Shown here: positions 47,727 through 60,938 of the stretch, in pieces
Position numbering within the stretch: position 1 is the stretch's first letter
How the letters are laid out: each line of letters opens with the position of its first letter
NCBI GenBank assembly: GCA_002104905.1
Contig: MCFE01000405.1
Coordinates: 16,652 to 80,651 of the forward strand
Direction: 5' to 3'
Length of the DNA stretch: 64,000 bases
DNA from: Basidiobolus meristosporus CBS 931.73
Lineage: Eukaryota > Fungi > Basidiobolomycota
Notes under the pieces: model-generated
The model's database searches: none
What the model was told of the DNA's origin: nothing
What the model saw: only the letters and a program-made list of their open reading frames with translations
Made by a program: the position numbers and the translations under genes

Positions 47727-48835
47727 TGCTGTGCTATATTATGACTTGTTAAGGGCTTGTACAGCCATGTGGAGGCTGATCAGTAGTAAACAACAACTCC
47801 TGGTATGCCAATTCTGACATAGTCAATGAGAGCTTGATATATCAACAAAAGATATCACTGTAACTAATATCTTCAATCTTGGGTTTAGAATACAATAGGT
47901 AGTGTTTTCCATTTCTTCAGTAGAGTTCTGACCTTCTATCAGCTATTGGGCTTGTTTATTTTTTTTGTAACTATACCTTATCTGGAAGTCACTTTCAAAG
48001 AAAGTACTTTCTTATTTGCAAATTATGAACTTGCCTGTGGACTAAAGGGGTATGGCAAAGGGGTCTTTACAAGGGTATTTTGACCTGTAGGAGTGTAGCT
48101 AGAATGAGGGGCTTCTTACAGTGGTTAAAATGGTAGACTCATATTAAAGGGGTGCTTAAAAGAGCTTCTTAAGACTAAAGGGGCTTCTCTAACGGTTGCT
48201 ACAGGAAGCTCAAGACTGAAGTGGTGTATTTGGAGTAAAGGGAATTCTTCAAGGAAATTTTTCCAACAGAATGGTGGTGGTTTTTTTGCAGAACTTATAT
48301 TGGTTTGTGTGAGCTTTGCAGCCACTTTGCTGATATTGCACCAGCCACAGTCTAATGCTTAAAAGTAAAATTTGTGTAAGGGAAGTCTTAAAACCCTTAA
48401 AATTGTAATCATTGTGTATAGATTCTGGAAAGATATGCTGGCTTTTAATCTTCAGCTGGGGAGGTCATATATACAAAAGCTCTAAAGAATCAAATTTCCT
48501 AGGCAATTGTGCAAGCAGTACATATGATACAAGGCTAAGATTTTGCAGTGGCACAGATCAGATATAGGTGCCATACCTGTGAGAATCTTGCGCAACTTAA
48601 TTTGCTACTGAAAGAAGCATGTGGTCAAAGTCACTACAGTAAACTTTGTAATAGAGTGTCCAATATAGGGTAATCAGATTTTTTTGATCATAACTCCTTG
48701 AGTATTGTTTCAATTCAGTTGTGATTTGAAAGATGTGCAAATTACAAAGTGCTCTGCATGCAAGAGTAGTCTTGGATGGATTAATTATCAGAGTCTTGAG
48801 CTCATATCCTTTCAAATTGTAAATCCTTAATCTTT
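47727..48835 (-). repeat. Diverged family D LTR, missing its first ~90 bp
   Basis: Reverse-complement homology to LTR D including several TAAAGGGG motifs (48041-48240). Truncated where X5 begins. Confidence 0.75.
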
Positions 48836-49400
48836 CCCCTAGGAGAAAAACTCTGAGGATCCCACCAAAAGGCAATCACAAAATAAAAGTGCCATGAATA
48901 AAAGGGTATTGATCCCATCAGGACATTGTGCAAAATTGTTGAAAAATAATTGCTCCCCATATTGCACAAAAGTTTGGTCAAATTTCTCATCACAACAATA
49001 CATAAGTGGGTTTTAATAGGACCACTGTCGATTCTCTCAGTTTCTGATCCAGGACTCCACATCTCCTCCTATATTTTGTACATTTCTTTACAATTGCTTC
49101 TTTTTCACACTCCTTACCTCCTTAATCAACCATTAACTTAAATTTTATGCATACACATTGATTTATTTATGTATAAACCTCAGTAATGTCTCAATTGCCA
49201 ATTGCATTGACTTATACAAGTCCCAATACCAAGCACAGGCAAAAAGCTCAGCCCCATCCTCACCAAGCAACTTAATTCAAATCCATCACTCAATAAGTAT
49301 TTCTGCAGTAACGCCATGTTTCCAAGACTTCTTCTACTAAGACCTTTCTTTTGTGCAAAAACCACCTTTATAAGTATTATGGTTTCTTATGTCTTAAATA
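48836..49400 (-). mobile_element. Family X terminal fragment X5
   Basis: Starts CCCCTAGGAGAAAAA...GATCCCACCAAAAGGC; collinear with X2, X4 and X6. Confidence 0.7.
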
Positions 49401-49559
49401 TATCTTTGTTATTAAACCACCATCTTCTCATCTTTAAAAAAATGTCACTCAAATAGTCATGATTTTCCCCCACCTATGCCTCCCCCTTAAACACTTGAAA
49501 TCCATTATCCCTCTGCCCAATCAGCCCAGTCCTGTTCTTCCCTTTTTGGCAGCTAAGGA

Positions 49560-49870
49560 CAGACCACAAGTTACATCCCTCTGTATTGACCAATGAGAGG
49601 TCAAATATGACTTGTATGCAAAAACCTGGCTGTGATCCTCTAATATTTCCTACACTGTCAGTATACTACATCATTGAGAAGCTTATCACATAGCCACATG
49701 GTCTTTTTTCCTTTCTCTTATGGCATTGATTCAAAGAGGTCTTCTCCATAGCCAAACCATTTGATACCCAACAACATTTTACTACTATATCACTTTTCTG
49801 CCAATACTCATGTGAGATTAAGGCAGTCTTATATTTGAGATGTTGCACACACATAAATGTGAGATTAGAC
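49560..49870 (-). pseudogene. Family X transposase N-terminal fragment
   Basis: Matches 15670-15930 and 35140-35350 (CHKRKEKRPCGY). Confidence 0.65.
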
Positions 49871-49879
49871 TTGTTCCAT

Positions 49880-50100
49880 TATACTGTGCTCAGGCTTGCA
49901 GTGCAACTTGCAATCTCTAAGAACAATTGGGCTCACTATTGAAGCTACCAGTAGGCAGGATTGCTTTTGGACAATTTTGCACCATGTTAGACAATCTTGC
50001 ACACTATAGCACAATCTGACACAATGAGGTTAGCACAAATGATTGCACCAACTTGTAATGTTTGCATCACTAGCGCAATCAGATACTGCTGTTATGGTAG
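49880..50100. repeat. Unclassified repeat Z copy
   Basis: Matches 52730-52910 (AAGAACAATTGGGC...GCTACCA.TAG.CAGGATTGCT...CTTGCACACTAT...CCAACTTGTAATGTTT). Confidence 0.7.
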
Positions 50101-50139
50101 GTAAAATCTGGTATTTTGATGTGCTTCCTTAATGTTGGT

Positions 50140-50740
50140 GGAAATAAATGCATAACACACTATAAACTACACTGATACTTACCATTTTGGTTACCATCAC
50201 TCAATTGGATGGTATCTCAGTGATTAATTGGCTCAACAGTATCCTGAAGCTGTCAGCCCCCAATTGGCTCTTTGACCAATACACAAGCTACCTGATTTAC
50301 CATCAAATATCCATTTTTGCACATTACGCAAGTAAATCCCTGATCCTAGTGATTAGACAAAGTATCATAGCTAGCATGCAACCAATCAAATAGGTACAAA
50401 ATGGCTTGAATGGCTGCACTGGTGCTACAGATGATCTATATATAGGCAGGGTGCTTATTTATTGCGGCTCTGTCTCAGATGTGGGACCACCTGGATTTTA
50501 CTTATATCAAAAATTTACTGATCACTGATTAGGATTGTAAAAAAAATGCATTGATTGGATCATTAAATATAATAGGGATCCAATGCAATTGCATTATCTT
50601 CTCCTAGGTTTTTTTCTCATAAGGATCACAGCTGAGGCATTTGATAGTGACTCACTTTGCACACCTAAACCACTTCCTTGTTGACTATCACCATGGCTTC
50701 TCAATCATTTGTAGTCAGTGTTTTGCTTCCTAGTTGATGA
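50140..50740 (-). repeat. Segment Y copy 2
   Basis: Collinear with 55520-56110 (AGTATCCTGAAGCTGT, GCAAGTAAATCCCTGATC, CACTTTGCACACCT). Confidence 0.75.
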
Positions 50741-50744
50741 GTGC

Positions 50745-52440
50745 ACATTCAAGACCAGATATAGACATGGCAAGTACTTAGTCATGTGTTTTGGCCTCAC
50801 CAATGCCCCTGCAACATTCATGACCCTGATGCAGACTGTCCTCTAGGAGTACTTAGACATGTTTCTGATAATATACCTAGATGACATATTGATATATAGC
50901 AAGACAGAAGAGGATCACTTGGTGCACATTGAAAAGGTCTGGAAGAAGCTAAGAGAGAACAAGCTTTATTGCAAGCTGCCCAAGTGTGAATTCTTCAGGG
51001 AACACATTGAATATCTGGGACATATAGTACTAGCACAGGAGTAACCTTGGACCCTATGAGCTCAGATTATTCCTTGGAATGGTTTTCTACTATTGGAAAT
51101 TTGTCAAGTCCTTTGCAAGTATTGCAGCCCCTTTACTGATATCCTCAAGAAAGATAATACCTATAAGTGGGACATGGCTTGTGAGACTGTCTTCTGGACG
51201 CTCAAGAATGAACTTGCTAAGCTGCCAAGCTTCAGAATTTGTGAGTTCAGAAAGAGTTTACTCTGTGCGCATATGCTTCAGACAATGCAATTGGTGGAGT
51301 GCTGACCCAAGAACACAAGGGAAAGGACTACCCAGTTGCCTTTGATTCCAAGAAACTGAACTCAGCAGAACAAAACTATCTAGTTCATGAGAAGGAGAAG
51401 CTTGCTATAATACACTGTTTGAAGACATGGAGATGCTATACTGGAGGATTCAAATGCACTGTGAGGACTGATCATGCCTCCCCCAAGTATATATATTAAC
51501 TCAGAATGTGCTCTCTAGAAGAATCACAAGATGGAGTGAATACATTCAGCAATTGATTTGGAGATTGTCTACTGCACTGGAAAAAACAACACGGGTGCTG
51601 ACAACTTATCCAGATTAGAACAAGGCGCGCAACTCAACTTGGTGCATAAATCAGATTAGCCTAGCCTATTACCAAAGTACTTGGAGGACCAAGCCATTTC
51701 TTATAAGGTGGATTAACACCAGCAACTGGAACAAAGTCGTCAAGAGGCACAGACCAAAGTATCTCAAAGTGCAGAAAAGATGAAGCAGATATTTGATAAG
51801 ATTATAGCACCAGAAGCATTGACAGTTGGGAACTTTGTATTGCTAAGAAACAACACTTGTAAGAAATTTGAGCCACCATGTACAGGAACATTCAAAATCA
51901 TCAGAGAACGTCCATTAACAACTTACCAGCTAGTGAACCAACAAGGCAATATCCAAAAAGACTTTGTGCATATGGACAGACTTAAGCTTGCAAGACTTGC
52001 TGGTAATACTGTACCATCAAGATATTGGTATCACAAGAAAAGAGATTCAGCAGAACCCTCTCAAATTTAATAGCAGAGAATGCTATTGACTGCCACTTGA
52101 ATGTTTAAGTTGGACCAGTTTTTAGTGAAATCAGTTAGTTATATGTTTAGCTTATCAGTATCATCTATCAAATCAGCAGCATTAGTCAGTAAATGAATCA
52201 GCAGATCCTAATCAGACAGAAATATATATTAAGTAGTATCTTATTGGGTGATGATGATGCAATCAAATTAGTCATCAGCCACAGCCTACATTAGGGAATA
52301 CAATTAGTTTGTAATTGATCTGGCAAAATGTATATAAGGAGCTGCCAGAACCTCAATAAAGATCAGTTCAAGTTTTAGTGAATACAATACTAGCTAAACT
52401 CCATATTCCTCTACAACTCTTATACAAAGACTTGCAATAA
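50745..52440 (+). mobile_element. Gypsy family H fragment H1 (RT, RNase H, integrase C-terminus, 3' LTR E), internally deleted
   Basis: FGLTNAPA, YLDD, FDSKKLNSAEQNY and TDHAS, then a jump to the integrase C-terminus. LTR E starts TGCTAT at 52081 after a purine tract. Confidence 0.85.
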
Positions 52441-52449
52441 TGCAACTGA

Positions 52450-52914
52450 TGAGAAATAACCATTCAGATAAACCGTCATATCAAGATTTGTTGGTGATTG
52501 TGTAAATGTGATTCAAATTGGTCAGGCAAAATCATCTTGATTTACCTGATTTTCTTCCATCAAAATTAAATCCCCATTAACAGCCCTGTATCCTATCATT
52601 GTGTTGCAAAAATCAACTGCAAACAATGGCTTTGTGATTTCATTGTGGATTCACTCTCAAGTCTATGATCAAATAGGAATTCTGTAATTTAAGATGCACC
52701 ATACATACTAGACTTGTGCTATTTACCATGCCAGGGGAATGCAGTGTTCTACAGTTGCAAAGAACAATTGGGCACACTGTTGCAGCTACCAATAGACAGG
52801 ATTGCTCTTGGACAGTTTTGCACCAATTGGGATGATCTTGCACACTATGGCAAAATCTGACAAAATGATGTTGGCATGATTGATTGCGCCAACTTGTAAT
52901 GTTTACATTATATG
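52450..52914. repeat. Unclassified repeat Z copy
   Basis: Shares one part with 49880-50100 and, inverted, another with 57400-57750. Confidence 0.65.
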
Positions 52915-55500
52915 CCCCTATGAGAAATTATTGTGATGATCCCAACAAAAGGCCATCACAAGTTCTAGGTCCTGTGACTAAGAGGTATTGATCTCATCAG
53001 GACACTGTGCAAAGTTTGTCATATAATAATTGCACCCCAGATTTCAAAAAAAACTTGTTAAATATTTTTCATTACAAGAAAGCAAAAGTGGCTTTTGATT
53101 GGTTCTTTGCCAGCTTTTTCACTTCTTGATCCTAGACACTATATCACCTCCTATATTTGTGTGCATTGAAATCCATCACTCAATAAGTATTTCTGCTGTA
53201 ACTCTCTGTTTCCATGAATATGGTGGGAACCATATGGCTTTATGCCACTGCTCATTCACTGGTTTGCTTATATCCTGGTCTTGTGCTGGCACTGTAAGGT
53301 CTAGCACCTCATCTGACGGTCTTGGCAATAAATTCTTGCAATATTCAATTGTGTTTTCATGAGCATTGCTTGGGAATAAGTGCTGCAACCTCATGATTTA
53401 CCTATAATGCAGTTTTTTTCTCACGCTTCCTTGCCTCTGGATTAAGTAGAATTTTTTCCCTTTTTCTTTGCCTTTATTGCTGCCAGGTGCTTCATTTCTA
53501 CTATGACTGAGTGAAATTGAATACAACTGAACTTCTTCCTTGGTAAATGTTGTGCTGGTGAATCTATATATGCCTGCTTTTCCTTGTTGGCACTGTTCCA
53601 GCTACCTGATGACTCTTTGATGCATGTTTGGAGCTTTTGGCCCTGATTGTAATTGGCACTTGAAGAAGCTGCTGGTTTTTAGCCATTGCAGCCTTGTTCT
53701 TTGGTGTTTGATAGTTTCTGCTATTCCTGAAATATTTACTTTGCATACCAATGCTGGCCCAAAATTTGTTTGCTTGTTTGAATCTAGGATAATGCTTGTG
53801 GAGCAAGTCAAGGGCATGCTGCTTGGTCTTGAGTTCCTGATGGTCCTATGGTATACTGGCCTTAAGGTATTGGCATCCTAGACTACTAATGGTGTCTTGA
53901 ATATTTGCCCACTCTTCATTGTTGCACTCAATGGCTTCAAGGATCTTCAATATCTTTGGATTTTTTGGCTTTGGTATAAACACTACACTCTCTCCCAGCC
54001 ATAGAACTTAGCATGCAATTGCAGCAAAGTTGGCAAGTAATACGCCACTGGCTGGAACATGGAACTAATTGGAAACCAGTGATACTTAATATAGAGGGTC
54101 TCTGTTAGAGTCAAAGCACCCCACAGGGAGCAATGCAATTGCTTTACAAGAGTTTCCCTATACTGATGACCAAGTTGTACAGGGGGTATTTCAAGCTAAA
54201 TGAGCCCATTGCAATACTGGAGCAATATGAAAGAATTGGCAAGTTGTTATAGCATATCTGTTACCCTAGGTACTTCTTACAGGCTTCAATCAACATTCAT
54301 ACACATATGCAACAATACAAGAGCAAGGACTGAATGAACTGAATATGGATTTATTCAAGTGGCCTTCTGGAGTCATATTTACCAGGAGTACATTGAAAGC
54401 ATTAGGAATCTTATGTGGACATTGTTGGAGTATTTATCCATAAGTGGATCAACAATGCCAACTTAATGCATCTACAGCTTTTGTGCAAAAGGTTGGTGAT
54501 GGGATTTGAGTAGCTATACTACAAACATAAAGCTGAGTACAAAGACCTCTGCTGCTATTGTATCCATTTACTACTCCATCCTGCTTAGTGTGTTGAGAAT
54601 GTTGGACTTTGCTTCACCTGATGGGAGTTTCTTATGGAGCAGATGTGTGTGGAGATAGGATGACAAATCAAGTTGCAGGTACTAACAAATCCCAACTTCA
54701 TCAAAAATATCAACTTAAAGTCTGTCAGGGATGTGTTGAATTGGCACAGATTCCACTTAATATAACTATTTCTGTCTGGTAAGGATCTGCTGACTCATCT
54801 ACTGACTATTACTACTAATCTAATAGATAACACTTATACACTGATAGACCAAACATAAAACTATGTCATGTGACTAAAAACTGTTCCAACATAAACATTC
54901 AAGCTGTTGATTTTAACACTATATGTGAAATACCCAAGGTAGTAGTAGGTATGCAAATATAGAGGGGTGATTTTATTGTGGATTGTATGAAATGCACAAG
55001 GGGAGGTGGAAAAAGGAAATATCATTTGGTAAATTGATATGGAATCATTATACCGAACTAGCTGTAGTCCTTCAGACTGCTGTAATAATGCCATCAGAGG
55101 CTTGCAATGAGGCTGTTGAAGCACTGTTAAGCTTTTTACCTTATAAGGCAATTGGATGTACAGGCTAGTTAGATCCACTCAAATAGTTGTGGTACGCATT
55201 AAGACCACAACAATGCCATCCTACCTTTGGCAAAACAATACACCAGCAATGCTAAGCTTTTCAAATTTATTAGGCTGTAAAATTAGCCCAATGCCGTTGT
55301 GACCCTATCATAAGATTGTGCGCATAGTCATTAAATCCAAGCTGCTGGCATTATAGTGGTCTTGAGATGGGATCTGGATAGCTGATCCAGATCAGAAACA
55401 CCTGCAGGACCAAATTATTTTTGATGAGGGCGATCATTAGGATACCACTATTGTGGTAGGTTGTACTCAGTATTTGGATATTTTTCTTCAATGTACATGG
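52915..55500. mobile_element. Family X copy X6, internally deleted (second ORF on minus, transposase C-terminal half on plus)
   Basis: Starts CCCCTATGAGAAA. 52915-53990 is second-ORF sequence; from about 54060 the sequence is the reverse complement of X1 14560-12790. Confidence 0.78.
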
Positions 55501-55519
55501 AAATAAATGTGTATTGCAC

Positions 55520-56560
55520 TTTAAACCTCACTGATTCTTACTATTTTCATTACTATCACTCCAAATGGACAATATGTCAATGGTTGATTAGTTTGAAAGT
55601 ATCCTGAAGCTGTTAGCCCTCAATTAACCCATTGACCCATTCAGCAGCTGCCTGATTTGCCATCAAATATCTCTTTTTGCCCATTGGGCAAGTAAATCCC
55701 TGATCTTAGTGATTGGACAAGGTGTCACAGCAAGCATGTAACTAATCATTTAGATGCAAATCAGATCAAATAGCTGCACTGGTGTTACAGATGATGTATA
55801 AATATGTAGAGTGCTCATTTTAGGGGCTCTGTCTGATATGTGAGACAAGCTTGACATTACTTGTATCAAATATTTTATGATCACTGAGTTGCCATGGTAT
55901 GAATTAGATTATAAAAAAAAGCATTGTTTGGATCTTGACAAATGGTAACAAATCAATGAAACTGTATCACCTGGGGTTTTTCCTCACAGGGATTACTATC
56001 TAAGTGTTTGGCAGTGATTCACTTTGCACACCTGAAATACTCTCTGGCTGACTATCATATTGGCTACTTGTGTGCATGTAGTTAGTATTTTGCCTTGTAG
56101 TTGATGAGTGCAATGCTGGGGCTTGGCTGTGCTGAATTGTTCCAGACAATATAATGGTGCCAGCCAGTAGTGCCATGTTTTGACATGTTCTTTTACCTGC
56201 CAAAGACTCTGGTGGTGGATGGCCTTCATGTGGGTCATTGTCAGTTGGGTCACCAGAAGTAACTGGCTGATGGTCAGGTGAAAGAGCATTGGCAGGTGCA
56301 AATTGATGAGTTGGCATAGCCCTTTGCTGACCTTATGTGATGTTACATGTTGACATGACATGGCCCACTCCAATAGTCTGTGTCTAAATGAGCAGCTTGA
56401 CAAGTTAAGGTAGTTTTGCTCTAAAGCTTGCACTTTGATCTGATGTGTAATGACCTGATGAGGGGTGCTCTTGTGGAGGGTATTGGTGTAGATTGGAATG
56501 ACATACACTGGCACACTGGCATTGCAGGGGATGGTAAAATTAAAGCAAGGCATGCTGGCA
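55520..56560 (-). repeat. Segment Y copy 3 with ORF remnant 55996-56553
   Basis: Homologous to 33720-34423 (inverted) and 50140-50740. Confidence 0.7.
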
Positions 56561-56859
56561 AAATCTGGACACAGCTGCTTGTGGTCAAACTTCTTTAACT
56601 TGAAGCTGCCTTCTGATTCCTCAACATATTCACTTGCCCCTGTCTGATACTTTGGAGCTATTACCTAGATGAGTCATGTGTATATTGCTCTCAGAAGCCA
56701 CTTAGTTCAACTAATATACCATGTAGTACATTAGTCATTTAAAGCAAAAAATATTTCAAAATCTCTTTGGTTCCAAAAGTTGAAACACAAACAAACACAT
56801 CCAGCCTGTACTGCATAATTGCATACAGATTTGCTTACATGTAGCTTCCTCATCATATG

Positions 56860-57175
56860 CTCTCACTCTCAGCTCACTCTTGACTTCAATACTTCTCTTG
56901 TTCTATATTTTATATACATCTGCTGATATCTTGATGTGGAACTCATCCAGCAGCTATCTACTCAACCTCTTCCATCTCTGTCAACTCTCTGAGGTATCAA
57001 GTTCTGCTCATCAAGCCCCATCACTCTCAGGTCATCTTTGATTTCAATACTTGTTGCATTCTACAACCTCTTGCATATATCTGCTGGCATTGTTACATAA
57101 AACTCATGCCGCAGGTTTCTACTCATATTTTGCCATTGCTTTCATCACTCTGAAGTATCCAATTCTGCTAGATGA
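56860..57175. repeat. Diverged tandem duplication, period about 158 bp
   Basis: TCACTCTCAG.TCA...TTCAATACTT...ATCTGCTG...AACTCAT...CTACTCA...CTCTGA.GTATC.A.TTCTGCT occurs twice (TTCAATAC at 56885 and 57043). Confidence 0.7.
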
Positions 57176-57399
57176 GTGAGTAGTGCCCAAATATCTGTAT
57201 GAAGGCTCATTAAATATATTTGAGTCAAATAAAATCATTTGCCTAGAACTGGAACCAATCCAACACTGACTTTTCCTGTCTAGACTGTGCTTATGAGCTG
57301 GGGAAAGGATTTTGTCTGGGTTGCACTAAAGATTAGTTGATACTTAGCATAGGGACCATAGTGAAATATCTTCATATTTATACTGTGGTATATTTGCAT

Positions 57400-57750
57400 C
57401 AACCTGGTCTTATATGTAAGATATTTGAAACTAATGTGATTGTTGATTTTTCAATATGTTATGGATGATGCAACTTGCATTGTATTGACATGGATCATAC
57501 CCATCAATTGCAGATTTCCTATTTGATTACAAGCCTATGTGTAACTCATCAATGAAATCACCCAGTTGTTGTTTGAGGATTATAATTGCAACAGAATGAT
57601 GGTATACATGGCATTGTTGGTGATTTAATCATAATGCATGGAAAATCAGATAAACAAAGCTGATTGCACCAAATTGATTAATAATACCAATACCCAATTG
57701 CATATTAATTTTCATATGGCCATGCATCTAAATGGTCTTTTCCCATCAAT
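57400..57750. repeat. Unclassified repeat Z copy (inverted)
   Basis: TTCCTATTTGAT...CAATGAAATCAC...GATTTAAT...GAAAATCAG.TAAA matches the reverse complement of 52500-52700. Confidence 0.6.
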
Positions 57751-57949
57751 TCAATCACCACCACTGGATTTCCTTATGACCCTTTGAAAGAAATATATAC
57801 CAAGTACTGTGGACCAACTACTTTAATCTAGTCATGGGTATCCCTTGTTAAGCTTTTCTGCTGTTGCAAGAGCTGTTACCCTTAAAGGTTTCATCCCACA
57901 ATCTTTTGCAGCAGAAGTCTAAGATGCTTTAATTCCCAGTTGACAGCAA

Positions 57950-60938
57950 TGGAGAGCCACCTTACATAGGGTATGATTGAATTAGAGCAAGCTTGGAATA
58001 CTAGGTTCCAAAGCTTAAATAGACCTCTAAATCCCAGAGTGTTTGGCAATTTGGTAGAGTGTTTCATCCTGTACTACATATTTGCTGGCTTCATCCCAGA
58101 TTATCTTCTTGTTGTCTTCATCCACCTCATTAGGAGTGTCTTGGTCCCCCAAGTACTTTAGTAATAAGCTAGGCCAATCTGATTCATGCACCAAGTTGAG
58201 TTGTGCTACTTGTTCTAATGTTGATATGGCCTCAGCAACTGTGTTGTTTTTCCTAGGATAGTAGACAATTGCCAAATCAAATTGCTGAATGTATTCACTC
58301 CATCTTGTCATTCTTCTAGAGAGTACTTTCTGAGTAAATATATACTTGAGGGAGGCATGATCAGTCTTCACAGTGCACTTGACTCCTTCATTATAGCATC
58401 TCCATGTCTTAAAGCAGAGTATCATAGTAAGCATCTCCTTCTCATACACTGGATAGTTTTGTTTTGCTGAGTTCAGTTTCTTGGATTCAAAGGCAACTGG
58501 GTAGTCCTTTCCCTTGTGTTCTTGGCTCAGCACTCCACCAGTTGCATTGTCTGAAGCATACATGCACAGAGTAAACTCTATTCTGAAGTCAGGTATTCTT
58601 AAGCTTGGCAGCTTAGCAAGTTCATTCTTGAGAGACTGGAAGGCAGTCACACAAGCTATGTCCCACTTCTAGGTATTGCCTTTCTTGAGGATATCAGTTA
58701 AAGGGGCTGCAATACTTGCAAAGGACATGCCAAATCTCCAATAATAGGAAGCCATTCCAAGGAATAATCTGAGCTCTGATATGCTATGGGGCAGCTTCCG
58801 ATTCATGATAACTTCAACCTTTTTAGGGTCTAAGGTTACTCCTATACAAGTCACCATGTGTCTCAGATATTCAACAAGTTCCTTGAAGAACTTACACTTA
58901 TCTAGCTTACCATATAGTTTGTTCTCTCTTATCTTATTCAAGTCCTTTTTGATATGTGCCATATGATCATCTTCTGTCTTGCGGTATATCAATGTGTCAT
59001 CCAGGTAGATTATAACAAACTTGTCTAAGTACTCCTGGATGACAGTCTGCATCAGAGTCATGAATGCTGCAGGGGCATTGGTGAGGCCAAAACTCATGAC
59101 TAAGTACTTGTGATGTTCATATCTGGTCCTGAATGCTGTCTCAGCAAAGTTTTCCAGCTTTGTCCAAATCTGGTTATATCCTGATATGAGGTCAATCTTG
59201 CTGAATATAGTGGCTCCATTGAGTTAGTCCAGAAGCTCATCAATCCCAGGTGTCGGGTACTTATTCTTCACAGTAACTGAGTTGAGGGCTCTGTAGTCAA
59301 TACACATCCTAAGTGTTCCATCCTTCTTCTTCACAAAAAGTACTGGTGCTGCCCAAGATGGCTTGCTGAGTCTGATATATCCTTGCTCCAGGAACTGATC
59401 TGTTTGTCTCTTCATCTCTTTCAACTCCAATGGACTCATTCTGTAAGTTGTCTTACTCACTGTAGGGCTATCTACTGCTTCAATAGCATGATCCGTGTCT
59501 CTGACTGGTTGAAGGCTTACAAGCTCATCTGAAATACATCTGAATATTCCTTCAAAAGAGTCTGGACCTTCTGGGGTACTGGAGCAGGGGAATCCTCCTG
59601 TAAAACTGCTGTGAGGAACATCTGGGTGCCTTTTCTTAGTACTCTACAGAACTGTGTCTTGCTAAGCTCACTTGCCTTACACACACCAGTATTGACCAAG
59701 TTAAAATCCAGTCTGGCAGGTAATAGCTCATAGGTCTTGTTGTCCTTCTGGATCTAAGTAGCATGGGTTCTCCAGTTGATTGATGGATTACACCAAAATA
59801 GCCAGGTTTTCCCAAGTACAAGGTCAAACTTGCAGTTCCCAAATATATAGGCCTGTAGATCTTCTTCATAGTCATTGATCTTCAACCTTACTGGCTGAGT
59901 AATCCGGTAAATTATGTGAGAGTTCCCATCAGCTGCTGAGACTGAAGTTGATTGGATGGGCTCCAATCTGATTCCAGCTTTCAAAGCAAACTGCTCCTAC
60001 ATGTACTTGTGCAATGCTCCTGAGTCCATCCTGATCTTGGCAGGTACTCCATTCATTGCCCCATTCAAATATAAGAGCTCTCCTTAGTTTGAGGTCATCT
60101 GGGTTAGGTATTCTTCTGCCATATGGAAGGAGAGTTCTGAGTCTTCTTCAAGTTTATCCTCCATAATACTATGCTTTAGGTCTTCAATATGGTCAAAGGT
60201 TCTTGATGGCTGGTGTCCATTTCTTCTCTGAGGGCAGTCCTTTGCAATATGTCCCTGATGGTGGTAATTAATGCAAGGTCCTTTCTTCTTACATTCTTCT
60301 GAGGTAGGATTCTTCTGTATAGCATCTATTTCCATTGGCACTGCTTTTGATTATCCTTTTTCACAGTGCTTGTAGCATCTCTGATTTGTCATTGTGGGCT
60401 TCCCAACTCCAAACATAGCTGAGTCATAGTCAATTGCAATCTTGATGGCTTCTTCAATAATCTGAGGTCTTTGATAACTCATTTCCTTACAAGTTCTTTC
60501 TTTCAACCCATTAATAAAGTATTCAACTTGATCTAGGGAGTCCATTCTCTCAACTTGTCCCAGTAGACATCCATATTCATAGATGTACTCTTGAACCATT
60601 CCTTTCTGTCTGAATGTCTTCAACTTTCCTCTTAGTAGTGTCTGCTGATGTGGTGGTTCAAAAGCATCCTGAATTTCCAACACAAACTCATTCTAGGTAG
60701 AGATTGTGGAGCATCCCATCATGGTGGCTGACCTGATCTTGTTATGATACCACTGTAAAGCTGCATCCACCAGGTAAGAGGCTGCATAGTGTAACTTGCT
60801 TTCTGGAGCCATTCCCTTGGCATTGAAAGCTTCTTTGATTTGGAAGTGCCAAGTTTCCTGGTTCTCATTAACTCTACCATGATACTGGTTGACTTTCACA
60901 CTAAACTTGCACTTGACAGGGTTTTGCTGGTTCTGCAA
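57950..60938 (-). mobile_element. Gypsy family H element H2 (gag to RNase H), decayed, interrupted by G2
   Basis: gag (YHGRVNENQETWHFQI, FINGL, PMEIDA), protease MDSGA, RT (PWAAPV-like, [13 protein letters not shown]) and RNase H (DASD, TDHASL). Confidence 0.9.

Noticed and set aside
55971-55991. Right TIR of family X
   Set aside because: It resembles the left terminus, but homology among three copies continues past it and no TSD is convincing, so it is not called as an element end.
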